From Lates japonicus (Eukaryota), in NCBI GenBank assembly GCA_033238685.1, contig BRZM01000010.1, positions 3,885,405-3,949,404 of the forward strand: a stretch of DNA of 64,000 nucleotides, written 5' to 3'. The position numbers and the translations under genes are program-made. Numbering within the stretch: the stretch's first letter is position 1; each line of letters opens with the position of its first letter. Below the pieces are notes generated by a model. It saw only the letters and a program-made list of their open reading frames with translations. It did no database searches and was not told the origin of the DNA. Shown piece after piece: positions 20,378 to 34,547 of this stretch.

Positions 20378-22849
20378 TCTAACATCTTATTTTTGTGACT
20401 GACATAAAGGAAAAACCTGCTTCACAAAGGTCTGTAATCAGGACAAGCAGTAAAGTCTCTACTGCATGTTAACTCACAGAGTATTCAGCTTTAATGCACA
20501 GTAGAAATGATGAGACAGAGGCTGCTGAACTGAATGCAAAGGCAGGAGGAGAGCAGCAGTGGCAGTCGTTGAGAATCGCTGCTCTGACAATAAATAAGTG
20601 CCCAAAAAACACATGAAAGCAGCCCAAGTGCTGTGATACCTATATCAATAATCAGTCATGTTATTCTATCTAAACATACAATAAAAACAACAGTAGCCAA
20701 CAGTTGGCAGATCCTGCAAAGCTGCAACCTGTGGCATCTGTAAACTCCAAATCATAACTTTATATTATTAATGTCAGTTGTGCCATGAACTCTTCGCAGC
20801 AGGGAGGATTAAATGTCCTCTGTTTTTATTGAAAAGGAGGATTTTAATCTAGTATCTAGCCAGTTTTTATATTTCACCTTCCCTGGTAAATACAACAGGG
20901 TGATGGAATTGTAATGTCTGTAATTAAATCATCTGTTCAGTGTCTGTTTTTCCTAAAATCTTCTGTTTTTCACGCAGTGCACTTTAACTTCCATGTCTCT
21001 GCTCTCATGTTTAACGTCAGTCGTAACCACTGGAATATGGTGCAACAGTGCACTTTGTCTGTCACCTCTGATGTTTTGTATCTTTACTGTTTGTATTTTT
21101 ATATGGGTAAACATTATTTCTACTAGTTTCTTCTGCTAGTTTCTTATCGAACAAATAAATTATTAGAGTAAGTGAAACATGATCTTGTTATGATGCTGTT
21201 GTTTAACTGTTGAGTCAACGGTGCAGCAGTGATAAACCTTTACAATGCATGAGGACTCTTACAGGGAGTAGAATAAGTCACTAAAGTCACCTCCACAACA
21301 AAGTATACAAGCTTTCTACTTTAAAAATAATGCTAATTATTTTTCTGTGCCAAACAGAAACATAAAAATAAATTGTCAGTCTGGTTTTGGGACTTAAAAA
21401 AACACCGATAACAAACGTGACTGAAGACTTTCTGTGGTGGGTCATAATCACCACTGGGGAGCAGCAGAGGGCTGAACCAGGAGTGTGTTAAAATACAACT
21501 ACCTCTGTAACACAACTTGCTTTAATAGTTTTTACTCTATTATTGTACTTAAGTATAATTTGGAGAAATACTTGTACTTATTATTTCTATTTTATACTTC
21601 CACTTCAGTACATTTACCTGACAGTTATATTTATGTTTCAAATCAAGGTTTGTTGTCTGTTGTTATTTATTCTCTGTAAATACCAGAGGTGGACCATACA
21701 TTTACTCATCTTGTGTACTTAGGTCAGTTTTTACTTGTATATTACCATACTTTATAGTTACACTTTTTTACATTTCATAACAAATACTGCATTTTTTACT
21801 CTACTTCCTAAATTAAGATTTTACTTACAAAGCCTACAAATACCTTCACATGAATGCACCAGTAATAATAATACACTGTAACATATATTATATAATAACA
21901 CTTGCTTTTTAAGAATGAGTGCTTATGATACCTCAAGCTCATTTTGCTTATAAAACTAAACTACTGCTTTTAAATGAACATGATGTTTTCCATTCTGGTC
22001 TTACTACTTTAACTTAAGTAGAGGATCTGAACACTTCCTCCAGAACTGGTAAATACTTTGTAAACATTTTTGAGTCATTCATTTGTGAATGAAGATTAGC
22101 AGAATTAATCATGTTGATAGATGCAAATACAAATGAGCCAACTTTCCATCATTAGGCTTTCAAAATAAAAGAATAAATGATGAAAAACGCTAGGTGTTTG
22201 TCAATCTGTGTAAATGTAGGGTTTTCTCTCAGAAACCCTGAACACACTCTGCCTGTTGTTTTCAGTTGTTCTGTTTGATTCGACCTCTTCAGTTTGCAGT
22301 GGGGTGGAGCTGCTGGGATTTGTTGAGCTCACCCAAACAACAAAAGAGTAGCTTATCAATCAAGCTGTAGGTTTATCATGGGACACTGGAAACTATTGGT
22401 CATTACATGGTTTGTAGGACAAGCTACAACACCGAGTTACATATTTCTCTGAATTAGGCTTCAGCTAATGTTTATTATCAATATTGATTAACCTGCTGAT
22501 TATTTTCCCAGTTAACTGATTCATCATTTGGTTCATAAATTTCAGAAAACTGTAAAAAAAAAAAAAAAAAATTCTATCACAATTCCCTAAAACCTATGGT
22601 ATTATTTTCATATTATATAGTTGTTTTTGTCTGACCCACAGTCCAAAACCCACAGATAGGCTACTGAATTCACTGTCACGTAAGACAAATAATCAGCAAA
22701 TCTTCACGATGACAAGCTGCAATTGGGAAATGTTTGATATTTCTACCTGGAAAAAAATACCTAAATTATTATTCAGATGTCAAAAATTATGGATGGATTT
22801 TGACAAAATTGGCCCGAGGGCAGACCCACAGACTGAAGGAGACACAGCT

Positions 22850-22990
22850 CATTTTGTGTCTCTCTGTGGTCTTGTTGCATCTAATTTTACTTGTTTTGAG
22901 GCTTTTTACTCATTTACATCTCTTTAAGTAATTTGGTGTCTCTTCGTGGTCATATGGCACCTGTTTTTACTCTTTCTGAGTCATTTTGTG
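22850..22990. repeat. Degenerate about 50-60 bp tandem repeat (tgtgtctct...ttttact...tttgag units)
   Basis: Three successive similar units read directly. Confidence 0.35.
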
Positions 22991-25900
22991 TCTCTTAACT
23001 GAGCTCTACAACATTTAATATACATCACACAATGGCTCCAGCCCAGGAAATGAACAGAAGGAAAGGAGCCCCTGGAATATTTTTTTTCACCAAGCCTGCA
23101 GTCATAACTCACATGCGAAGAAGTCATATGTGGCAATAGTTGTTACCTCACAGAATGAGGAAGAGTTTATCATAAGACTGTGACAAACAGAACCAAAAAG
23201 GCCAGATATCAACAAAGATAACAAAGAACAGTATCTCTGTTGTCTGTACATTGTTGACTCATGTTGACTTTTTTTTGCTCATTTGTAATTTGAAAAAAAG
23301 TGTTTATGCTACATATAATGGTACATATTGATAGATGGACACAGTTTTGTGTTTTTGTTTAAGAAAAACCATATAAATATAAACTTGCATATACAGTGAG
23401 AGCCCGCTCAAATACATACTTTTTTTTTATATTTTTGATTTTCATATACAGATTTAATGCTACCACAATGATTCATATGTTAAATCTGCCTTTTTGTAAT
23501 AACTAACTATTGTACTTCTAGTATAATAGTAACTATTATACTCAGTATATAGCCATGTTAGGGGCTCTGTGAGGTGCAGTGCTAAATGCTAACGTCAGCC
23601 TGCTAACATGTATTCACTGGGCAGTCTAACATCTCTGGAGGCTCCTTCAGTCCCACTGTATTCATAACGCAGAACCTATTTGCAATACAACCTCCTGCAT
23701 ATTTCAAAATGCTCAGTATATCACACTGATCAACTGTGGATGGGCTCTTTATAAGGACCCATTTCACTCCCATATCATCTTGGCTAACTCACTGTGCTAA
23801 ATGTCTTTCACTGTGTAACACACTTTCTTCAGAAAATGCTTAACCTAGTTGCAGTGTCTGCAGACTTCTTAATGCTGACTTTCTTTACTATGAACAAACA
23901 GCCACACATTGGCCTGGGCACGGCTTGTTTAAAGTGTGTATTATGGTCAAATAGTCCAAACCTACAAAACAAACAGTTACTCAGAGAGCTGAGAGAGCTG
24001 ATGTGGACACAATGATATCTGCACAACCCTGCAGTCCATTTGACTGCTGCTGAAACTTACTTGAAATGTCCTTTATTGTGAAGGACACTTCCCACAGTTT
24101 TAGTTCCTGAAGGAAGACAGAGCCTGTCATGATGTTGATACCTGTATTTGGTGGTAGTTTTTCATTAACATTACATCATTAGGGTGTATCAAAGAGTGTG
24201 TTTCCAGGGATTTATGGCACAGCTGCCTTTCAGCTAAACTTAAGACCAGTTAAACTGACAATGATGTGATTTTAAAAACAGATATTTAAAACTTAACTCT
24301 GTAATCTAAAATTATTTCTGTCACCCAAGTAAAATCCCCACTGTCATATTATTACTAAATAGTGATTACACTTTTTAAAGACACTTTCATAGAGAACAGC
24401 ATTCGAAAACACATAGCCATCTAAATAATGAAGAATAATATTTACTCAACAGGAAAAGAGCCAAAGGCGTGAGCAGTCTGACGTCAAACTGCTGATGGAA
24501 ACTCCCCTTCCTGGCATCACTCACGGGTTTCAAAATGGATGATTTAACCCACTTTTTTTGGAGCCAAGAAATCCAAATATGCCAAATATACCCTTTAAAG
24601 TCAAATCTACATATCTTATAATGAAACCATATGTTTTTAAATATAGGTACACATTAGATATTAATATAGCAGATTAATATAGCATACTAACTAGAGAAGT
24701 TAGGATTTTTCTCTTTAGTTCAGACCAAGTTTTCTCAGAGGCAACATCTGTATTGTTATTTACCACACAATATAAAAGGCTTACTATATTTTGGTACTAT
24801 CTTTCATGAGTTTTCATAATATAACATTTATAGTTAATGTTCCCCAACTCTTAATGACTTTGGAAATCCTGACATTTCATGTCAAAATTTTCACTACTAC
24901 AATAAAATCTATTAACATCCACTGGATAGAATGACAGTACAACAGTACTGTAGAGTAGAACAACAGTGGAGTTGGTGAATTTGAAGTTGCCAAAATGAAT
25001 GCCACATGGCGTGAGTCATAGTGTGGATGGATGTTATCGCAACATCCTTTCACTCTCATGTGACCCTAATGACTCACACGATGGCCAGGTGGGCCAACGA
25101 CTTACATGTGACCTCAACGACTCTCAAGGTGTTAACAAGCCCACAACAGGTTAATTGCCTGCACTCCCCACTTGTCAGTTTGAAGCCTTTTGGATTAGAG
25201 GTTAAAACGTCTTCACGAACCTCAAGCAAGTCCATTTGTATAGCGTTTAGAAATACCATGACCTGGATGACTGAACGGCCTCACAGACAAAGCAGGTACA
25301 AGTTACTGACAGTGTGCAGGAATTTTTTTGGTTCTTTCTTGTTAGCATTTAGCTCAAAGCATCACAGCCTTACAGAGCTGTAAGCTCAGCTCTTAGTCTT
25401 AGTAACAAGCAGGTCAGATTTTTTACTTCTAACTGAGAAGGACATTCTTGCACTTGTGAACTTCAACACTTGTCCTTGCACAAGTCCTTTGCACTGTTTT
25501 GTAAAGGCACATAGCATACACTTCGATGCTTTTCACTGTGCTACACTGAACAATACCATTGCACCTGGGTTCCCTTTGACATTTAGTTTCAGAGGAAGTA
25601 GTGACTGGTTCTCTCTTCACATTATCTACTGAGTGATTATTTCAGGGGTCCTTTTCACAAAAGGCACTTCAGAGATAATGGAAGTTTCTCCATAATGTCA
25701 CAAAAAAGCCTTCTTTTTCTTTGTAAAAGAATGTCTTTTGGTGAATTAATTCCCATTCTTCCAGAGTTTCTCCTGTTGTCGAGCAGGTTACACCCTGTTT
25801 TAAAGAACTAGTGCAAACAAAGGAAATTTGATCTGTATTGTCTGATGAGAGAGTTTAGAGCCACACAAAGGACTACAGACAGTTTCAGTAGTTTTTCAGC

Positions 25901-27099
25901 CTTTACAGGTGAAAAACACAGAGAGATATACCATCTCCTCACCAATATTGGTGAATTAAAAGTCAAATTTAGCTGTATTGCATGTTGGTATAGTGTGCTT
26001 AAAAATTCCATTGCAAATTAATCTCCCTCTCACGCATTAAAAGTTTGTTTCATCTCAACAACATACAAAATTCCCACTTCAGGATACAAACCTAACTTTA
26101 CTTACTGGAACATGGAGGATGGAAACAGAGAGGAATGTCCCAGTGATGTACCACACCTTGGCTTTCACCAGCATACCATTTGGCATAATGATACCCAACA
26201 ATCAGGTTTCTGTCACATTATCTGCGTAATCAGCAGGTAACTTTGAATAGTAAATAACACTGTTCCTTTAATTAGACAGTAATGGTTCATGATCCAGTTT
26301 GTCTTACAATAAACTAATTATCATTATATTACATATCATAATCCTAATGTTACTTTATACTGTCACCAGTGCTGTTCGAGAGAAAGACGCGATTTTACAC
26401 AGTTAACAACTAAAACTTCTCACAAAAAAACGTAACCAGTTTAATCTTTGTTAGCATAGGCATTGTAAAACACTGCCTACAATAATTTTATAATCTCTAC
26501 CACACTTTTAATTCTGTATTGTTTATGATTAATTTTTAATCTGCTCTCAAAACTGAATTTTTATTTCCTTTATTGAATCTTTCTAATTGTGACTGTGTAG
26601 TGTGTAAGTATAATACTGATCCCCTGTGTTCTAAAAGAGGAGGAAGTTATAATTGTGGTCAGCTTCTTATGTAGCTGTAACAGTTAGAGAAGGACTTGAA
26701 GTAAAGTGTTTCATGAGTTTATATGAAAGTAGATAAAAAATTCAGATTAACCAAACGATCATAGATTCTATTTTAGTTATTTATTTTGTTGTAAATGTTA
26801 TCAATTTATTTATTTAAGTCATTAACTATTTGTTCATGTATAAAGTGGATGAACGATTGAATAGACCCATGTTCAATAATCCAGACTCTGAACTAAAATA
26901 AACTCTTGAGTACACTCTTTTTGATAAACCACAAACTTTATTTCCCCTCTAGAATGATGTGGCTTGTTTTGAGAAACTGCTTAGGTGACGCAAACATAAA
27001 GGAATTACGCACCTGCAGGGCAGGTAGTCAGTCAGGTGAATTCTCACGAAGCCACACTCTCCTCAGGATGTTGCAAAAACTCCTCCCCCCTTCTGCATC

Positions 27100-27217
27100 A
27101 CCACCACCAGCATGAAGATTTAAAACGTTCTCGCAGGGATCAGACACACTCAGAGGAGCAGAAACCACTGAACAAAGAACATTCTCTCAACTCAGCTGAT
27201 TTGACTTTCACAGCTTA
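27100..27217 (+). other. Candidate non-coding first exon of the DOMON gene (donor cttag|gtaagtc at 27218)
   Basis: Consensus gtaagt donor 600 bp upstream of the ATG exon, which begins at an acceptor (ccctggtag|agATG). Confidence 0.3.
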
Positions 27218-27822
27218 GGTAAGTCTCTCAAAACTTGATTGAACCACATTTTTTATTATTAGGATTATCCTGAATACTTAGTTTTAATTGTTTTTAGAAT
27301 TTATTTTCATTATTATTTATAGGGTTTAATTAGGTTAATTTTAAGAATTCAAGTAACAGTAATGAGATTATTTGAAGTTATTTAAGTGGAAGAAGTGGAA
27401 AGTTATTTACTTTTGCATTGTAGAAACTAAGCTGAGTTAAGAGAATTCATTTTCCATATTATGTCTCAACCAGATCTGAAATATATTTATATTATATATT
27501 ATATATTTTTATGTACTGGTGATCAAAAAAGGGAGCGGTTGTTTTGATTGATTTTTAAGTTTTAACTTTGCCTCAAATGACTGGAAAAGAAGCGAAGATA
27601 GACTATTTCATTAGTTTTTACTCTAATCTCTCCGATATTATTATACATATAGTTTTGTAGTAAAGATGTTTTTCCTGTTACTGTAAACAGTGAAGGTTTG
27701 AAGATGTGATTATGACAGTTATTTGAATTGGTTTTCTTTCTTTCCTCCTTGTTCTTCTTGTACAGAAAAAATGAGATGTTATTTAACTGGTTTTAATATT
27801 TGTTCATGTCTCCCTGGTAGAG

Positions 27823-27921
27823 ATGGAACGAGGATTGATCCTGTTGGTCGCTGCTTTTATGGTTTTTGTGGCACCAGGTGTCCAAGGAACGGCTCATTTG
27901 TCATTTGCCAACAATACAGAG
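27823..27921 (+). CDS. DOMON-domain gene exon 1: signal peptide MERGLILLVAAFMVFVAPGVQGTAHLSFANNTE
   Basis: ATG 2 nt after acceptor; hydrophobic h-region plus an AxG-like cleavage site; donor gag|gttggt; 99 nt, phase 0. Confidence 0.65.
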
Positions 27922-28687
27922 GTTGGTTTTCATTTCATTCACTCAGTATATAACATCACAGAATCATTTTGACCTTTGTACTTTAAACACAGTTTCCAAT
28001 TCACTACAATCAGTTTTAGAATTAAAAATAGAATTACAAATTGCCTTTGTTTGTAGAAATTTCCAAATACATCTGTTTGTGAAAACTTAACAAGTGTTCA
28101 TGTTAGGGTTTATGATATTGATGATGTTTAGTTTATATAGTCTAAACAATATATGGATCATTTGTGTTTGGAATTGAGAAATGTAGTTTGTTGTGTTGCA
28201 GTCAAAGAATATTCAATACTGCCCTTCCACAAAGTTAGGGAACTAAATTGGGCTAAATTTAAGTGACGGAGGCTAAGATATGTTAAGTTTTAAACCCTGG
28301 TATGAGTCAAAATCCAGAAAGTTCCACCTGAGCCTCAGCAGAGACATTTTCAGAGACTGAGCAGAAATTGAACTGGTGTGTGCTCTTTTAAGTCAGCCAC
28401 CACCGATTTTGCTGATGTCTGATTTTAATACATCAAAATAAACATGGAAAAGTAGAGTCAGCAAGAGGACCAGACATGTTCATTTCACTGCTCTGGACAA
28501 CATGGTGCAGAACATGACAGATTTTAGACCTGCAGGCAAATCATTCCATTGGAAACATATATATTATTTCTATTATTTTATCATTGTCCAGCAGAGTATA
28601 TTTTAGCTCAGTGGGAGTAATTGTCAGTTACTGAAGCTGTTATGTACTGTATGTGTTACTGAGTGTGTGCGTTTCTGTGTCTACCAG

Positions 28688-28894
28688 GTGAACATCACTC
28701 GGACAGGCTGTGGAGTCAGTAAACTGTGTTTGGAGACACCAGATAACTGTGATCCTGCAGGAAACGGCACCTGTCTGTTTGGGTCTCTTGTCGCCAGCAC
28801 CCCCGTGGCTCCCAATGGCGTTAACCTGTCCGTTGAACTCAGAGGAAACTCAATGGGTTATGTCGCACTGGGACTTACCGTGAATGCATCTGAG
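28688..28894 (+). CDS. DOMON-domain gene exon 2 (VNITRTGCGVSKLCLETPDNCDPAGNGTCLFGSLVAS...LSVELRGNSMGYVALGLTVNASE)
   Basis: ctaccag|gtg...gag|gtaaag; 207 nt. Matches ORF 28667..28939. Canonical DOMON N-terminal signature C-G-x-x-K-x-C-(x)-P-x-x-C-D-P...C-x-F...EL-x-G...GYVA-x-G-x-S of the FRRS1/FRRS1L/SDR2 type. Confidence 0.75.
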
Positions 28895-30069
28895 GTAAAG
28901 CACACTAAAATTAGTATAATGCTTGTTATGTTGGGTTAAATTGGGATATGCTGATATGCCACATAGAGGAGAGGCCAAACTTCTTCCTCTTCCCCAAATC
29001 CAACCGTCCAGATTCACAGAGATCAAATATAATGCTATGTCTGGGCAGCCATTATCTTGTGATGTCAAACACTTCTGCTAGGAAGTTGCCCTCACAGTGT
29101 CAATAAAATGTTCAAGAGTTTACAGATTAATGGACACCTGGCAAATATTGTTCCAGGTTAATGATAACTATATCCACACAGCATTCATTTTTGTTATGCA
29201 ACACTCTGTAACAACATCAATGTTCCCAGCAAAGGCAAATTGACTTGGTTTTTTATTTCTACTTTTATTGCTCTCACTCAATAGTGACCCATGACTACAT
29301 GAATACAAACATGATACAAACACATGAGAAGTTTATGGAGTTGTAAGGACTGTCTATAATAGCCCAACTGTCTCAATACGGAGAGCTGCAATACACCAAC
29401 TGTGTTCTTCAAATATGGGAAAAACAAGGTTTGATGTGTTGAGTATTTTGTGTAGAAATAGGATACCAAATGTAATACTAATACGACATTAAACTTTAAC
29501 AGTGAGTTAAAAAGCCATAACAAACCTCAAACTGCCATCAGTCAGCACTGAGACTTCTGTTGGTATTAGCATCCTACCTTGCAAGGCTAAAGAGTTAGCA
29601 TTAATTAGTCATCCAAAAACCAGGTAAAATGAGCAGATAACTGATAAAGTTTTACATTAGAGGTACTTTATAATGACCTCCACGTGTGTATGTATACCTT
29701 TGACACTGACCCAGTTAACTATAATGCTAGCAGCCGCTTTCTTAGACAACGTGATTTACTTCAGGATTTGGTTTTCAGCATACTTCACATTCCTCCTATC
29801 AAATCAAATGTCTCATCCAAAATGTGTTATCAAATGAAACTTGTTGTGCAATGGAAAAGAATGTCAAGATCTTATGCAAGACCTTGTTGTGAACAGAGAC
29901 GTAAAGTACCTGCAAACAGGGAAGTGGAAGTTTAAAAACATTTTTTTTTAAAAGCACAATGGTACCAAAAACATTAGTCATCACACGTGAACACCCAAAA
30001 ACCAGAAGGGCTGGAAACTTGACCAACTTTGAGGAAGAAATCTAATTTTTCACCTGTTTCTTTCTTCAG

Positions 30070-30180
30070 GGTGGCACCATGCTGTTCGTCTGTGCTCAGA
30101 ACAGCTCCAACAATGGTTCATTTTTCTTCCGCACAATGATGAGGAACAACACGGATGATATGCTCACTCCAACAGAAACG
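30070..30180 (+). CDS. DOMON-domain gene exon 3 (GGTMLFVCAQNSSNNGSFFFRTMMRNNTDDMLTPTET)
   Basis: ttcttcag|ggt...acg|gtgagg; 111 nt. Confidence 0.65.
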
Positions 30181-30308
30181 GTGAGGTCTCAACTTTACTG
30201 ACACACTGAGGGATAAACAAATGTATTTAATTTATCCTACAGAAAGAAAGAATGAACTAGAGGTTCAACACAAACACTCTTTCATTTACTGTCACCTTGC
30301 CTTTTCAG

Positions 30309-30450
30309 AGAGTGACAGAAATCCGAGGCTCGGTGAAGGACAACGTGATCCAGTGTGAGTTTGATGTCCCAGGTGTGAACGCCACCAGCACAAGGAGCAG
30401 CGATGCTACCACCTTCAACGTCCTCCTGGGGACTGGTACTTTAAACGGAA
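30309..30450 (+). CDS. DOMON-domain gene exon 4 (RVTEIRGSVKDNVIQCEFDVPGVNATSTRSSDATTFNVLLGTGTLNG)
   Basis: cttttcag|aga...ggaa|gtaagt; 142 nt; ends phase 1. Confidence 0.6.
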
Positions 30451-30722
30451 GTAAGTGGGCAAATTTACTGGTATAAATGCCAAAATAATTACTGTTTTCA
30501 TCTTGTAGCCATAAATAACAATTAACCAATAATATCAGTGCTGATTTTTAAACTTGACCAACCTTTCTTTCTTCACTTCAGAGATGTGCAAGGATTCACT
30601 GCTTTCTCTTTAAAACTGATTCACATTATATTTCAGATATAAATGAAATGCTCCAATTTCGTTCGTTTTCTTTCTGTCATTCCTCAACTTCCCAGTATTC
30701 TAACCCGTTTGTTTTTCTTCAG

Positions 30723-30866
30723 ATTCTCTCGGTCCCTTCAACGTCTCCCTGAAGAGCGGCGCTCTGAACATCGCCGACCCGACGAGCAACACAGCTGGAA
30801 CCACAGCAGCACCCACAATGACCACCAACAGTACAACAGCAGGCACCAGTGTTCTCCACCCTCATG
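30723..30866 (+). CDS. DOMON-domain gene exon 5: Ser/Thr/N-glyc-rich stalk (NSLGPFNVSLKSGALNIADPTSNTAGTTAAPTMTTNSTTAGTSVLHPH)
   Basis: tttcttcag|att...catg|gtaaac; 144 nt. The frame was chosen to continue from phase 1; another frame is also open. Confidence 0.5.
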
Positions 30867-31104
30867 GTAAACAATGCACCGCCAATTCATATCCAAGGTC
30901 CTAATTCAACACATCTGCAGTCAATCCACATCTTAATGGATTGACATACTGTATAACAAAACATTTAGTATGGTAATAGTACATGCAAACAATCTGACCA
31001 TTAAGAAAAAAGCTAAAATCAGATTAATCAGTTGTCAAAGAGAGAAGTGATTTTCATGAACAAACATTTTCTGATAAATGTCTCTTCATCTCTTTCCCTG
31101 CCAG

Positions 31105-31157
31105 CTTTGCTTGTCCTGCTGAGTGTCCTCACACTGTCCGTCATGCAGAAAGCCTGA
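31105..31157 (+). CDS. DOMON-domain gene terminal exon: hydrophobic C-terminal tail ALLVLLSVLTLSVMQKA* (GPI-anchor signal or membrane anchor)
   Basis: ccctgccag|ctttgc...; stop TGA 31155-31157. Confidence 0.55.
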
Positions 31158-31677
31158 AAGAGTCCAGAGGAAAAGTTGTGTTCTGAATGATACAATGAAG
31201 ACATGTGCCCTGGAGTTATGCACAGAGGACAACTGAGTGTCATTAAACTATGTGTAAATTGTATTTTACTGAAGTTATTTAGACATATTTAAACTCTTTT
31301 GCACTATATTTGTACTATGAGCTGAAGTTTCAGCTAAAAATTAACGATATTCAGGTGGCATTTGCAAACACTTCTTGTGGTTTTAGTGACCAAATAATTG
31401 TTATATTATATATATCTCCAGATTAAGTATTTTAATTCTATTTTTGTATTCACTTAAAGCTTTCACACGTGGCACCACAAGTAGCGTCTGCAAATTCAGT
31501 TTACAGGCTTGGCTCTAACGAGTTTGAGCTGTTTTTCCAGAAGATCTTCTCAACTGAGAAAAAGTCAACATCATCGAAGGGAACTCAAGCCAAGCCAGTG
31601 TTTTCATGTGAATGTACTGTGACTGTAAAACATTTGTTGAAGGGCCAAGTGACAAGCTCACCTAACCCTGAAATGAT

Positions 31678-31683
31678 AATAAA
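31678..31683 (+). other. polyA signal AATAAA, probable 3' end of the DOMON gene
   Basis: AATAAA about 520 nt after the stop. Confidence 0.35.
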
Positions 31684-31888
31684 GCTTAAACTATGAATTA
31701 CTCCCATTTGTGGCATCTCATCATTGACTCAACATTGAAAATATGGGTTTGTTATAGAGAGAAACAAACAGGATTAATTACCACTCATGGCTGCCCAGCA
31801 AAAGTTTGAAGTTTGAAAAAAACTTTGTTGCTTTAACTACAAAACCTGCTTGTGAAAAAACAAACAAGGGCTGATTTAATTTTAATAT

Positions 31889-31904
31889 TTTATTGCAATT
31901 TATT
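31889..31904 (-). other. hnrnpc: polyA signal(s) for hnrnpc on the minus strand (two TTTATT on + = AATAAA on -)
   Basis: About 480 nt downstream (minus sense) of the hnrnpc stop. The DOMON and hnrnpc 3' ends are convergent, about 200 bp apart. Confidence 0.35.
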
Positions 31905-32270
31905 CCTTTACAGTTAAACTGAAACTGAATAGTATAAAAAACTGACATTAACATACAGACACACAAGGTCAAACAAACTCACTGATGAGGAAAAACAAAC
32001 ACATTGAACCTAAAAACGGTATTTTGTAGCTGATTTTCCGTCCTCGCGTTAAGACATGTCCGTCGAGCTGTCGTCTCTGAGAACATTAACAGTCCGTGTT
32101 TCTGCCTTCTCCCGAAGACACGTAACGACGCAGTAAAAACACAAACTGAAACCTACAGCTAATTATTCCTGTTACAGTGATACTGGACAACTGGCCAAAG
32201 TAACAGACAAAAAGAAAAATATAATTGAGCTTTAGGGACAATGGGACAACAGCGTGTGTGCACCATGCTT

Positions 32271-32287
32271 GTGTGTGTGTGTGTGTG
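32271..32287. repeat. (GT)n microsatellite in the hnrnpc 3'UTR region
   Basis: direct. Confidence 0.85.
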
Positions 32288-32385
32288 CACGTTTGCTTTT
32301 TGTATCTACAATATGAGTGTTAAAACAGAGTCCGAGTTCCTACTGGAAGCTGTGTGTACGCCGCATGCGTCGGTGTGGTCTGAGC

Positions 32386-32490
32386 CTACGAGTCCTCTTC
32401 ACCATTGATGCTGTCAGCATCGTCGTCACCTTCCACATGCTCTCCTTCCTCCTCCTCCTCTTCGTCATCCTCCCTCTCTTGACTCTTCAC
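32386..32490 (-). CDS. hnrnpc: hnRNP C terminal coding exon (VKSQEREDDEEEEEEGEHVEGDDDADSINGEEDS*)
   Basis: Acceptor ttgtgcag|gtgaag on the minus strand; stop TAG = + 32386-32388. The acidic tail matches human hnRNPC ...EEGEDDRDSANGEDDS*. Confidence 0.8.
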   Translation of the reverse strand: MKSQEREDDEEEEEEGEHVEGDDDADSINGEEDS

Positions 32491-32669
32491 CTGCACAAGT
32501 TGACAAAACAGTTTGCCTCAGTGAAGTGATTTTAAAACGAAAAACTCAGTGGAACATGACTACACTATGTTAAATTAATGTTATTTGTGATACTTGACGC
32601 TGCCAATATTTGCGATTTGTGTGTAAATGGTGCTTTCATGAAAAGTGGCCCTGGATGAAGGAGTCTCAC

Positions 32670-32830
32670 CTCTTCTTCTTCCAGCAGGTCTCCCTCCTCT
32701 TCCTCATCCTCCTCATCCGAGTCGTTCAGCTCCTGGCTCTCGCCCCCCCTCTTGATCCCATCGTCCTTCTTGTTGCTTGGGTGTGGTGGTGAAGTCACCT
32801 CGCCTGGCTCCGTTTTTAAGCTCTTAGCTT
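32670..32830 (-). CDS. hnrnpc: hnRNP C exon (EAKSLKTEPGEVTSPPHPSNKKDDGIKRGGESQELNDSDEEDEEEEGDLLEEEE)
   Basis: ttcggcag|aagcta ... gaagag|gtgagact; 161 nt; overlaps ORF 32565..32867(-). Confidence 0.75.
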
Positions 32831-32932
32831 CTGCCGAACACGGAGGAGTTTTAAAACATGGCCACACGTCTGAGGTCTCTCTGTAGTTCTGTGAGATTTT
32901 TGCCTTACAGATAATAAATCCTGCAGTGGTCA

Positions 32933-33133
<201 letters not shown>

Positions 33134-33187
33134 TTATTATCAAAGTCAAACATGGATGTAACTAACCTTTGCTCATAAAAATTCCTA

Positions 33188-33610
<423 letters not shown>

Positions 33611-33614
33611 TCAC

Positions 33615-33665
33615 CTGTCGTAATAATCTCTTTGAAAGTCATAGTCAAGGTCAAATGAGGAACTG
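33615..33665 (-). CDS. hnrnpc: hnRNP C exon (SSSFDLDYDFQRDYYDR)
   Basis: cctgaacag|cagcagt ... gacag|gtgagtaa; 51 nt. Matches human SSFDLDYDFQRDYYDR exactly. Confidence 0.85.
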
Positions 33666-33863
33666 CTGTTCAGGAAGAAAAAAATGAGAGGTGAGAGAAA
33701 ACATGATAGAGGACATAATGTTTCTGTGTTCTTTACAAAGTCTCTTGTCTCATGTCAGGTGACCTTTCCAGTGCTTTACTCTTACAATAATGTAATTTTT
33801 TGTTGTGTTATTTTATCTGCAGTGTAACAGCAGTGATAGCCTGTAGTAATCACTGTGACTGAC

Positions 33864-33936
33864 CTGTACATGTCTCCAGCTGAGCGTTTGGTGGTTTTTG
33901 ACCTGTGTGGTTTGGGCTCTCCAGCCAGGTTGATGT
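33864..33936 (-). CDS. hnrnpc: hnRNP C exon (DINLAGEPKPHRSKTTKRSAGDMY)
   Basis: cccctcag|acatcaac ... tacag|gtcagtc; 73 nt. Matches human [25 protein letters not shown]. Confidence 0.8.
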
Positions 33937-34088
33937 CTGAGGGGAAAAACAGACCACAGATCATTAAGTGAGTGTTGCCAAGGACCGCAGATCCAGTCCC
34001 TTCATTGGGGGTTTACCCCGCAGTGTGAATTCAGTCGCAGTGGAACATCCTGTTCCCAGCAGATCTCAAAAACATGTCTGATCCATCA

Positions 34089-34547
<459 letters not shown>

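Noticed and set aside
25021-25383. 120-aa + ORF (MWMDVIATSFHSHVTLMTHTMARW...)
   Set aside because: Internally repetitive DNA (atgtgacc..acgact units), probably an uncharacterised repeat. The composition is not protein-like.
30643-30870. Alternative frame over DOMON exon 5 (..RRSEHRRPDEQHSWNHSS..)
   Set aside because: The frame continuing from exon 4 (phase 1) gives a Thr/Ser-rich glycosylated stalk followed by a hydrophobic tail. This is more coherent for a secreted DOMON protein. The alternative would end in W* without an anchor.
31469-31696. 75-aa + ORF
   Set aside because: Lies in the 3'UTR of the DOMON gene, upstream of its AATAAA.
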